From: Gammaproteobacteria bacterium
Lineage (GTDB): Bacteria; Pseudomonadota; Gammaproteobacteria; JASBUN01
Assembly: GCA_030147845.1 (NCBI GenBank)
Contig: JASBUN010000041.1
Coordinates: 34,630-98,629 of the forward strand
Length of the DNA stretch: 64,000 nt
Reading direction: 5' to 3'
The notes below the pieces were generated by a model, which worked only from the letters and a program-made list of their open reading frames with translations, was not told the origin of the DNA and made no database searches. Position 1 is the first letter of the stretch. Every line of letters starts with the position of its first letter. Shown one piece after another: positions 11,166-19,428 of this stretch. Position numbers and translations under genes: made by a program.

Positions 11166-12212
11166 ATGCGCCCGGCACAGTTGTTCGTCATTATGGAGCG
11201 CGAGTTCCAAAGTACCCGCAGTGGTCATCACACGCCCGTGATGATGTGGGGGCCTCCCGGTATCGGTAAATCGCAAATGGTTGCGCAGGTGGCCGAACGG
11301 TACGATGTGCCGGTTATCGATATTCGTCTGTCGCAAATGGAGCCGAGTGACCTGCGCGGAATTCCGTTTCGGGTCGGCGAACACGTCGAGTGGGCCGTGC
11401 CGGCGATGTTGCCGGACGCCCGCCGCCATGGCGCGGCCGGCATCCTGTTTTTGGACGAACTCACTTCGGCGCCACCGAGTGTGTCAGCGGCGGCCTACCA
11501 GCTGATCTTGGATCGTTGCTTGGGTGCCTACGAGGTGCCGCGCGGGTGGGCGATATTCGCCGCTGGCAATCGCCAGGGCGATCGCGGTGTGACCTATAGC
11601 ATGCCGTCACCGTTGGCGAACCGCTTTTCGCATTTCGAACTGGACGTCAACCTCGACGATTGGGTGGCGTGGGCATATACGCATGGTATCGACGAACGCC
11701 TGATCGGTTTTTTGCGCTTCCGGCCCGAACTGTTGTTCGACTTCGACCCGGCACATAATCCTACTGCCTTTCCGTCGCCGCGCTCCTGGGAGTTTGCGCA
11801 CCGGGCGCTGTACAAGTTCGGCGATAATCGCGAAATGCTGATTGGCGCGTTGCAGGCTTGTGTCGGGCCGTCGGCCGGTATTGAATTGTCCGCTTTTGTC
11901 GAGAACTTGGATAAATTGCCGGATATCGATGCCATCGTGCGCGGCGAGCCGGTGCGTATGCCAAAAGAGATTGATCTCCAGTACGCCGTCGCTTCCGCGC
12001 TCGTCGGCCGGGCCATCAAGGTCAAGGGCAGCGACGACGCAACCAAGGTGATCGGTCACATCCTTGATTTTGCCGGCGGTTTCCCGCAACGCGAGATGGG
12101 CGTGATGTTGGTATCGGATATGCACCGCGCTATCGGTGAAGATTTGTTTACCGTTCCGCAGTTTTCCAACTGGGCGCAGGCGGTGGCCGACGTCATGTTA
12201 TTTAGCAACTGA
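11166..12212 (+). CDS. AAA+ ATPase, MoxR/CbbQ-like (AAA_5-type)
   Basis: Walker A GPPGIGKS and Walker B ILFLDEL. RGIPF and FAAGN motifs are typical of the MoxR/CbbQ-NorQ clade. Confidence 0.8.
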   Translation: MRPAQLFVIMEREFQSTRSGHHTPVMMWGPPGIGKSQMVAQVAERYDVPVIDIRLSQMEPSDLRGIPFRVGEHVEWAVPAMLPDARRHGAAGILFLDELTSAPPSVSAAAYQLILDRCLGAYEVPRGWAIFAAGNRQGDRGVTYSMPSPLANRFSHFELDVNLDDWVAWAYTHGIDERLIGFLRFRPELLFDFDPAHNPTAFPSPRSWEFAHRALYKFGDNREMLIGALQACVGPSAGIELSAFVENLDKLPDIDAIVRGEPVRMPKEIDLQYAVASALVGRAIKVKGSDDATKVIGHILDFAGGFPQREMGVMLVSDMHRAIGEDLFTVPQFSNWAQAVADVMLFSN

Positions 12213-12252
12213 CGTCGATACCCCCGGCGCCCGAAACCCTGAAACGGAAGTG

Positions 12253-13461
12253 ATGGCTCAGGACAACGAAACCAAGCTTAGCGCCGCGCGCACACGCTTA
12301 ATTCTTGATAAACCTTTTCTGGGCGCGCTGGTGTTGCGCCTGCCCCTGGTGGCAGGCGATCCGTCCTGGTGTAAGACGACCGGCACGGATGCGCGTGCGT
12401 TGTATTACAACGCCGATTACATCGCCGAGCTAAGCTTGGACCAGACGCAATTCGTGCTTGCGCATGAAGCGCTGCACTGCGCATTGTCGCACTTTGCCCG
12501 GCGCCAACATCGCGTCAAGCATCGTTGGGATCTGGCCTGTGACTTCGCCATCAATCCGATTCTCATCAGCGAGGGGCTGACGCCAACACCGGAAGCGCTG
12601 TATATGGAGACATTTGCCGGCATGACCGCCGAGGAAATCTATCCCATGCTGGACGACATGGAAAACGAAAGTCCCATGGACCAGCATCTCTACGACGGTG
12701 ACAGTGACGGCCAGGATAATCGCGCTGGCGCGGGTGGCAGCCGGCAAACATCGGCCGGCGATCGTTCCAACCAGGCACAGACCGACGCGCAGGTCGGCGG
12801 TGTGCCCCAGCCGCGACCATTGACGGCCGACGAACAGGAACGGCTGTCGGTGCAGTGGCGTCAGCGCATGGCGGGCGCGGCGCAGCAAGCCATGCAGGCC
12901 GGTAAAATGGGCGGCGCGCTGGCGCGGCTGGTCGATCATTTGCTGCAGCCGCAGTTGCCTTGGCGCATGTTGTTGGCGCGCTATATGACGGCGATGGCGC
13001 GGAACGATTATAACTACACGCGACCTTCGAGGCGTGAAGGCAGCGCCATTTTGCCCAGTTTGCGCAGTTCGCAGGTCGATTTACTGGTGGTGTTGGATAC
13101 CAGCGGATCCATTTCCGACGCCGAGATGCGCGCCTTCATGGCGGAAGTCGATGCCATCAAGGGGCAGGTCTGCGCGCGTATCACGCTACATGCCTGCGAC
13201 AGCCGTCTGGCTCCCGCCGGGCCTTGGGAGTTCGAGACCTGGGACGAATTTGAGCTGCCGGAAAATATCAGTGGTGGCGGCGGAACCAGTTTCGAGCCGG
13301 TGTTTGAATGGATGGACCGGCTTGGACGACGGCCGGACCTGCTGCTATATTTTACCGATGGCGAAGGCCGGTTTCCGCCGTTAGAACCCGCCTATCCGGT
13401 CATCTGGCTGGTGAAAGGGAAGGCCACGGTCCCGTGGGGGCAGCGCATACAGTTGAACTAA
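12253..13461 (+). CDS. Putative metallopeptidase-like domain plus VWA domain protein (partner of the AAA+ ATPase)
   Basis: HEALHCALSH (HExxH) lies in the N-terminal half. The C-terminal half has a VWA MIDAS-like motif LVVLDTSGSIS. ATG at 12253 is in frame with the track ORF. Confidence 0.7.
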   Translation: MAQDNETKLSAARTRLILDKPFLGALVLRLPLVAGDPSWCKTTGTDARALYYNADYIAELSLDQTQFVLAHEALHCALSHFARRQHRVKHRWDLACDFAINPILISEGLTPTPEALYMETFAGMTAEEIYPMLDDMENESPMDQHLYDGDSDGQDNRAGAGGSRQTSAGDRSNQAQTDAQVGGVPQPRPLTADEQERLSVQWRQRMAGAAQQAMQAGKMGGALARLVDHLLQPQLPWRMLLARYMTAMARNDYNYTRPSRREGSAILPSLRSSQVDLLVVLDTSGSISDAEMRAFMAEVDAIKGQVCARITLHACDSRLAPAGPWEFETWDEFELPENISGGGGTSFEPVFEWMDRLGRRPDLLLYFTDGEGRFPPLEPAYPVIWLVKGKATVPWGQRIQLN

Positions 13462-13555
13462 CGCACAGTTTGCGCAGTTGTTCGTGCGCTGGCCACTCAA
13501 ATCGATTAGGCTAAATTTACCGTATGGCCAAAGTCAGTCACCGGATGGGGGGCAC

Positions 13556-15001
13556 ATGACGGTCGCCAAGGTTCTAGAGTGTTTTCTCCGTGGGCACGGC
13601 GTTGCCTACGAGTTGTTAAATCATACTCCCACGGAAAGTCTTGAGCAGGCAGCACAGCTCGCTGATATTCCAGCCGACCAATTTGTGCGGGCGGTGGCGC
13701 TGCGTGTGGACGCTAAGCTGTGGGTAGTCGTGCTACCGCTAAGCTATGTGTTGAACTTCTCATCCTTGGCCGAATTGCTTGGCGGCGAACCGCAACCGGT
13801 GCCGGCCGATGATTTGGCGGACGAATTTTCCGATTGCGAGGGTGGTTGTATTCCGGCGTTGGCGGATGCCTATGGCATAGCGACGCTGTATGATCGCGTC
13901 GTCTTCGATGCGCCGGTGGTGGTATTCGAGGGCGGCAGTCACGGTAGTTTGGTACGCGTTGCAAGCCGCGATCTGCGCCGCATCGTCGCGGACACGAGCA
14001 TCGGGCGATTTTCCAAGACCATTCGGTCGCTACGCCCGCCACAATATGTGCGCAATCGCAAGCCGATTGCGGTGGCGGACGCAGCAGCCGGCCAAGGTGT
14101 GCAAGACCTTTCTCCGGCCGATAGCGTGCGCGATCGAATCGAGGCGATATACGCGCTGCCGCCGCTGCCGGCACACGCGCAGCGGATCCTGCAGTTGAGC
14201 CATGACGCCAATGCCTCGGCGGCGCAGTTGGCGCGTATTATCGACGAAGACCCTAGTCTCACCGCCCAGGTCTTACGCTATGCGCGTTCGCCCTTGTTTT
14301 CTTATCGCGGCGAAGTCGATTCAGTGCAAACGGCGATTTCGCGCGTATTGGGATTCGATCTGGTTATGCACCTGGCATTGGGTCTGGCCGCCCTGAAGTC
14401 ATTTAACAATCCTCCCGATGGGCCACTGGGGCTACAGGCATTTTGGCGTCACGCAAGCTTTAGCGCACTGCTGGCACCGCGCCTCGCAGCTGAACTTGCG
14501 CCCGAACTTCGTCCCCGCCCCGGACCGCTTCATCTAGCGGCACTGCTGCATAATTTTGGCTATCTGGTTATCGGCCATCTGTTTGCGCCGGAGTTTTACT
14601 TGCTGAATAAAATTGCTGCGGCCAATCCGTTGGTGCCGGTTACGACACTGGAACGACAAGTGTTGTGTATGGGGCAGGCGCGTGACGTAATGTGTGTCGG
14701 CCATGCGCGCGTCGGCGCTTGGCTCATGGCTTCCTGGGACATGCCCGAGGAGGTGGTGGTCGCCGCCGCCGAGCACCATAATGCCGACTACCAGGGTCCA
14801 AGTTACGTCTACGCTAACCTGATGCTGGCCGTCGATCATCTGCTATTGCAGTACGATATCGGTGACGCAGACCACCGAGAGTTGCCCGATTCAGTCTGCG
14901 CGCGCTTAGGCCTGTCAGTAGAGCAAGCTGTCGATATCGCCGGTGAATTGGTGGCGCGCGGCTCAGGCATGGACGAAATGGTTACACAGTGGGTAGCCTA
15001 A
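13556..15001 (+). CDS. YbaK/ProX-like deacylase domain fused to an HDOD signalling domain
   Basis: The N-terminal roughly 160 aa resemble YbaK/aminoacyl-tRNA editing domains (VAYELLNH...QFVRAVAL...GGCIPA). The C-terminal part has the HDOD pattern LPPLPAHAQRILQL...LARIIDEDPSLTAQVLRYARSPLF and HH...AAEHH. Confidence 0.7.
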   Translation: MTVAKVLECFLRGHGVAYELLNHTPTESLEQAAQLADIPADQFVRAVALRVDAKLWVVVLPLSYVLNFSSLAELLGGEPQPVPADDLADEFSDCEGGCIPALADAYGIATLYDRVVFDAPVVVFEGGSHGSLVRVASRDLRRIVADTSIGRFSKTIRSLRPPQYVRNRKPIAVADAAAGQGVQDLSPADSVRDRIEAIYALPPLPAHAQRILQLSHDANASAAQLARIIDEDPSLTAQVLRYARSPLFSYRGEVDSVQTAISRVLGFDLVMHLALGLAALKSFNNPPDGPLGLQAFWRHASFSALLAPRLAAELAPELRPRPGPLHLAALLHNFGYLVIGHLFAPEFYLLNKIAAANPLVPVTTLERQVLCMGQARDVMCVGHARVGAWLMASWDMPEEVVVAAAEHHNADYQGPSYVYANLMLAVDHLLLQYDIGDADHRELPDSVCARLGLSVEQAVDIAGELVARGSGMDEMVTQWVA

Positions 15002-15395
15002 GCGCGGCGCGGTGATTTCCACATAAAAACTATATATAATAATTTCGCTTGATCAAGCTTAGTTTGTGTCGAGCTCTTGACACTAGCCGTGTAGTCTGTT
15101 CAAGTCACCCGAGGGGGAAGTTGATCTCGGGAGGCGCATGGGTCTGCGTTTTGGACGGGGTGGCGATTGGCGTCGTTACTCTAGGCTTCCGATTCCGGTC
15201 AATTGAGTTGTGGGACGCATCTGCTGTTGTAGGACGTTCAACAACCTCCCCCTGTTGTGTCAATTATGGCTGCGCCGCAACCTAGGCATCCCCGCCACCC
15301 GCGCTATGCGGGTGCGTGGCAGGTCGCCAGGTGCTCCCCCCCCCGCGCACCTTGACGATCCGCTGTTGGGTGACAAGGTAGAGGGAGTCGTTCTG

Positions 15396-16817
15396 ATGAA
15401 CGGTGATAAAACGCAAGCCTCTAGCGCTGCGATGGCGCGTAAGGTATTGCAAATACTAGAAATTCTGCGGAGTTCACCGGCGGGCGCGGTGGTCTATCGT
15501 CAGGTTGAACAGGTGCTGGGCGATCTTGAGCACGCCCATCTGCGCGCCGAACGCACGTATGCCAATTTGCTCTATGCGCTGCTTGATGCCTATTTGCAGC
15601 ATCTGCCCATCGCCTCGCCTCTGTACGTTCAAGTCAAGGTACTGCAGCAGCGTTTGCAGCCGCCGTTGTCGCTGCTTGATTCCGACAGTCTTCGTGCGCA
15701 GATCGAGTCGTACGCCGATCACATCGCCAAAATCCAGGAGATCGACACGCAGCGCCTGGGGCGCGTGCTGGCGCCCCTGCTAAGCGACGATGGGCGGGAT
15801 GCCATCTTGGCGAACGAGGGGCGCGCGGCGGTGTTTGACGAGGGTCGCGCGGCGCGGCCGTCGGCAAAGAAAGATACGCCGGTATATGCCGGTCTGGTGG
15901 CGGGTGATGACCGCCGCAACACGATTCGGCAACTGCAGGAGTCGTTGTCCCGGGAAATTCGCGAGACGATTTCTCAAAATCAAGAGTTCGGTGTCATGCT
16001 GGACTTAGTCATGGGCGAGTTGCAACACGCCGATAGCCGTGACGAAATGAACGATATCCGCCAGCACCTGACTGACCAGGTGAAGCGTTTGCATCAGGGC
16101 CACTATGCGCTTGCTGAAAAGCTCGACAGCGCCGATCGGTATTTGCGCATCATCGAAATGGACAGCGAGCAACTCACAGCCGAACTCAGTGAAGCGCGGC
16201 AGATGAGTTTGACCGACGAGTTGACGGACTTGCCTAACCGCCGTGCGTTCCTCAACCGCCTCGAGGATGAAGTAGCCCGTGTGCAACGCTATGGCATGCC
16301 ACTGTCGCTCGCGATTATCGATTTGGATAGCTTCAAATTGATCAATGACCGCCACGGTCATGCAGTCGGCGATGCCGTGCTGCAGTGTTATGCCGGAGGT
16401 ATCTTTTCTATTTTTCGCCACCACGACATGGTGGCTCGCTATGGTGGCGAAGAGTTTGCCGTACTGCTTCCCAACACGGATAGTGAGGGTGCTTTACGCG
16501 CTATGCATAAGGTCCGTGAGCGCGCCTCCAGTCAGCTATGCAAGACCGATCAAGTGTCGCTGCGGTTGCCTACGTTTTCGGCCGGTCTGGCGGTCTATCG
16601 ACCCGGTGAGCCGCCGCATTCGTTCATCGAACGTGCCGACCATGCGCTCTACCGCGCCAAGCGTTTGGGCCGTAATCGCGTCGAGGTAGACGGACCGCTC
16701 ACGAGTACGGAAGGCGATAAGCCCGGCGCGGGAAATCCGCCAACTGCCGGAGCGGGAGATGATTCTCCTGATGCAGATCCGGACGACACGCTATTTACCA
16801 CCCCGTCCTTACAATAA
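15396..16817 (+). CDS. Diguanylate cyclase (GGDEF) with coiled N-terminal region
   Basis: LTDLPNRRAF, DLDSFKLINDRHGH, and the RHHD I-site followed by RYGGEEFAVLL. GAGGGAG Shine-Dalgarno at 15381-15387 precedes ATG 15396. Confidence 0.85.
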   Translation: MNGDKTQASSAAMARKVLQILEILRSSPAGAVVYRQVEQVLGDLEHAHLRAERTYANLLYALLDAYLQHLPIASPLYVQVKVLQQRLQPPLSLLDSDSLRAQIESYADHIAKIQEIDTQRLGRVLAPLLSDDGRDAILANEGRAAVFDEGRAARPSAKKDTPVYAGLVAGDDRRNTIRQLQESLSREIRETISQNQEFGVMLDLVMGELQHADSRDEMNDIRQHLTDQVKRLHQGHYALAEKLDSADRYLRIIEMDSEQLTAELSEARQMSLTDELTDLPNRRAFLNRLEDEVARVQRYGMPLSLAIIDLDSFKLINDRHGHAVGDAVLQCYAGGIFSIFRHHDMVARYGGEEFAVLLPNTDSEGALRAMHKVRERASSQLCKTDQVSLRLPTFSAGLAVYRPGEPPHSFIERADHALYRAKRLGRNRVEVDGPLTSTEGDKPGAGNPPTAGAGDDSPDADPDDTLFTTPSLQ

Positions 16818-16879
16818 GCGATAGCGTTCGTTATAATAAAAGAAGTCTACTTTTCCTCGTATTTTCAGGAGCTTTTATC

Positions 16880-17257
16880 GTGGCGACGGTGGAATTAACT
16901 AAGGACAATTTTGACCAAATCGTTGGCGGTAATGATTTTGTCATAGTCGATTTTTGGGCTTCTTGGTGCGGGCCGTGCAAGAATTTCGCGCCGATCTATG
17001 AAGCAGCTTCCGAAAACCACGATGATATCGTGTTCGGTAAAGTCGATACCGAAGCCCAACAAGAATTGGCTGCGCATTTTCAAATACGCTCGATCCCGAC
17101 ATTGATGATTTTCCGTGACCGGATCGTCGTATTTGCTCAGCCGGGGATGTTACCGGGCGAGGCGTTCGCGGAATTAATCGATAAAGCGCGGGCGCTTGAT
17201 ATGGAACAGGTGCGCAAGGATATCGAAACGCAGGCGAGCAGCGGGACTACGGATTAG
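16880..17257 (+). CDS. Thioredoxin
   Basis: WASWCGPCK active site; GTG start as given by the ORF track. Confidence 0.9.
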   Translation: MATVELTKDNFDQIVGGNDFVIVDFWASWCGPCKNFAPIYEAASENHDDIVFGKVDTEAQQELAAHFQIRSIPTLMIFRDRIVVFAQPGMLPGEAFAELIDKARALDMEQVRKDIETQASSGTTD

Positions 17258-17371
17258 TCCGTCGTGGCGGCGGCGTTGCTGCACCCGAGGGTTTTTCAAT
17301 AACCGGCTGTCGCTCGATCGAATAAATCCATTGTGCTACCTGCCGCGCGTAGCAGGCGACTGTGCCGGCGT

Positions 17372-18637
17372 TCAGATCAGCCCGTGAAACGGCTGTACCT
17401 CGACCGCTTCGCCGGCGCTTGCGCCCGAGCTTTCCGCCGGCAGGATGATGAAGCAATTGGCGCGACTCATGGATGTCAATACGTGCGAATCCTGTAGCCC
17501 GGTCGTTCGAACTACTAGTCGCCCATCACTGTCACGTTCGAGAATGCCGCGTTGATATTCGAGCCGACCCGGTTCTTTATGTAACGCGGTGATAGTCGGC
17601 ACACGAAGCAGCAGGCCGGTTTCGTGCCGATGACCCTGCATATGCCGCAGGGCCGGTTGTACAAACTGGTAAAAAGTCGCCATTACCGACACCGGATTGC
17701 CGGGCAAGCCGAAGAACAGTGTGCGCGCGATGCGCCCGACTGCTAAAGGCTTGCCCGGTTTCATCGCCATCCGCCAGAACTGGATTTCGCCTAACTCTTC
17801 CAGCGTTTCCTTGATGTAATCCGCTTCGCCTACCGATACGCCACCAGAAGATATGACCACGTCGGCAAGCGCCGACGCTTCACGTATGGCCTTGCGCACG
17901 TCGTCGCGGCGGTCGCGGATCACGCCCATATCGAGCGATTCGATGTCCAGGCGCGCGAGCATACCGTGAATGCTGTAGCGATTGCTGTCATGGATTTCTC
18001 CCGGCCCCAAGGTCTCGGCGGTACCGCGTAATTCATCCCCGGTGGAGAAAAACGCTACCCGCAAGCGTCGGAGCACGGTCACCTCGGCGACGCCAAGCGA
18101 CGCAAGCAAACCGAGTTCGGCCGGCGCGATCTGTGTTCCCGCGCCCAGTACTACGTCATCGGCACGCACATCCTCGCCGGCACGGCGCACGTCTTGTCCA
18201 CAACGGTGTCCGGCGGTGACGACGATTTGCGTGCCGTTGGCTCGCACCAGTTCCTGGGCAATCACGGTATCGGCGTTCAGTGGCAGTACGGCGCCGGTCA
18301 TGATCCGAATGCATTGCCCCGATTGCAGTATCGTCGTACTGGGTCTGCCGGCAAAGGCGCTGCCGACGATCTGCAGAGTGCGCTCGCCGTCATCGGGCAA
18401 GTCGCTTGCCATGACGGCATAGCCATCCATAGCGGAATTGTCGTGCGGGGGGACGTTGATTGGCGAAACAATGTCTTCGGCGAGCACGCGCCCGAGCGCA
18501 GCGCGGATGCCGAGCCTTTCGCGCCCACTCAGCGGGGATGCCAAGTCCATAATGCGTTGCTTGGCTTCGGCCACTGAAAGCAATTCGTGCGCTTGCGCGT
18601 CGCAGCCGCCAGCACCTTGGCGCCGTTCGGCGGTCAT
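17372..18637 (-). CDS. moeA: Molybdopterin molybdotransferase MoeA
   Basis: LLSVAEAKQRI, PPHDNSAMDGYAV and GGVSVGEADY motifs. Confidence 0.9.
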   Translation of the reverse strand: MTAERRQGAGGCDAQAHELLSVAEAKQRIMDLASPLSGRERLGIRAALGRVLAEDIVSPINVPPHDNSAMDGYAVMASDLPDDGERTLQIVGSAFAGRPSTTILQSGQCIRIMTGAVLPLNADTVIAQELVRANGTQIVVTAGHRCGQDVRRAGEDVRADDVVLGAGTQIAPAELGLLASLGVAEVTVLRRLRVAFFSTGDELRGTAETLGPGEIHDSNRYSIHGMLARLDIESLDMGVIRDRRDDVRKAIREASALADVVISSGGVSVGEADYIKETLEELGEIQFWRMAMKPGKPLAVGRIARTLFFGLPGNPVSVMATFYQFVQPALRHMQGHRHETGLLLRVPTITALHKEPGRLEYQRGILERDSDGRLVVRTTGLQDSHVLTSMSRANCFIILPAESSGASAGEAVEVQPFHGLI

Positions 18638-18685
18638 CGTCGCTTTGCGCCGCGTAGTACAGCTATATTCATGACGTCAAATTCA

Positions 18686-19222
18686 TCAAGTTGTCTCCGC
18701 ACCATGCAGCACCTTGTCTACAATGAATTGAACAATGTCGTCGGGCGCGTTGATATTCAATATGGGCAACGACGACGACTGCGGCAATTCTGTGTCACAG
18801 GCTACGGCAATGATATTCGGATCGGACAAGAATAACAGTGGCTGACGGAGTGCGGCTCGGTGAAGTTCGATTTTGGGGAAAGCCTCATGTTTGAAGCCCT
18901 CGACCAACAGCAAATCGGTATTGTCAGCATCGATATGACCGAGTAAGTCGCCGAGGCGCGGCTCGCGTTCGTCATTCTGTTCGGTCATCAACGCCCAGCG
19001 TTTGCGCGAGGCGATCAACGTCTGCCACGCTCCCGCCTTACGGAGTTCATAACTGTCTTTGCCCGGGTGATCAATGTCGAAGCTATGATGCGCGTGTTTG
19101 ATCAACGCAACACGGACACCGCGTTCGGTCAGTAGCGGAATCAATTGCTTCAGCAGCGTGGTTTTCCCGGTACCGCTGAAAGCAGCGAACCCCAACGCGG
19201 GTTTGCTGAAGATTAGAGACAT
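18686..19222 (-). CDS. mobB: Molybdopterin-guanine dinucleotide biosynthesis adaptor MobB
   Basis: FSGTGKTTLL P-loop and ALIKHAHHSFDIDHPGKDSY. Confidence 0.9.
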   Translation of the reverse strand: MSLIFSKPALGFAAFSGTGKTTLLKQLIPLLTERGVRVALIKHAHHSFDIDHPGKDSYELRKAGAWQTLIASRKRWALMTEQNDEREPRLGDLLGHIDADNTDLLLVEGFKHEAFPKIELHRAALRQPLLFLSDPNIIAVACDTELPQSSSLPILNINAPDDIVQFIVDKVLHGAETT

Positions 19223-19428
19223 GGGTGTGATCCCGACGAAAACATTCGAGCGTTACATTGTTATTCAACGCCCCTGAAAATGGTATACAGCCTTATGAAT
19301 TGTATGATCCGCCAAGGCCTACGTGCCGCCACAGTGAGTACGGAAAATTGCGCATCTCGGCGTGGGCAAGTCAGCGCGTGCCGGTTATTTTCAATCATAC
19401 GGTAAGTGGATCATGTCGTCACGGCGTT

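Noticed and set aside
15190-15235. Possible c-di-GMP-I (GEMM) riboswitch upstream of the GGDEF gene, because of a GGGACGCA string.
   Set aside because: Only this short fragment resembles the conserved GGGACGCAAAGCC segment. The flanking GNRA/receptor helices and the GGCAAACC element are absent.
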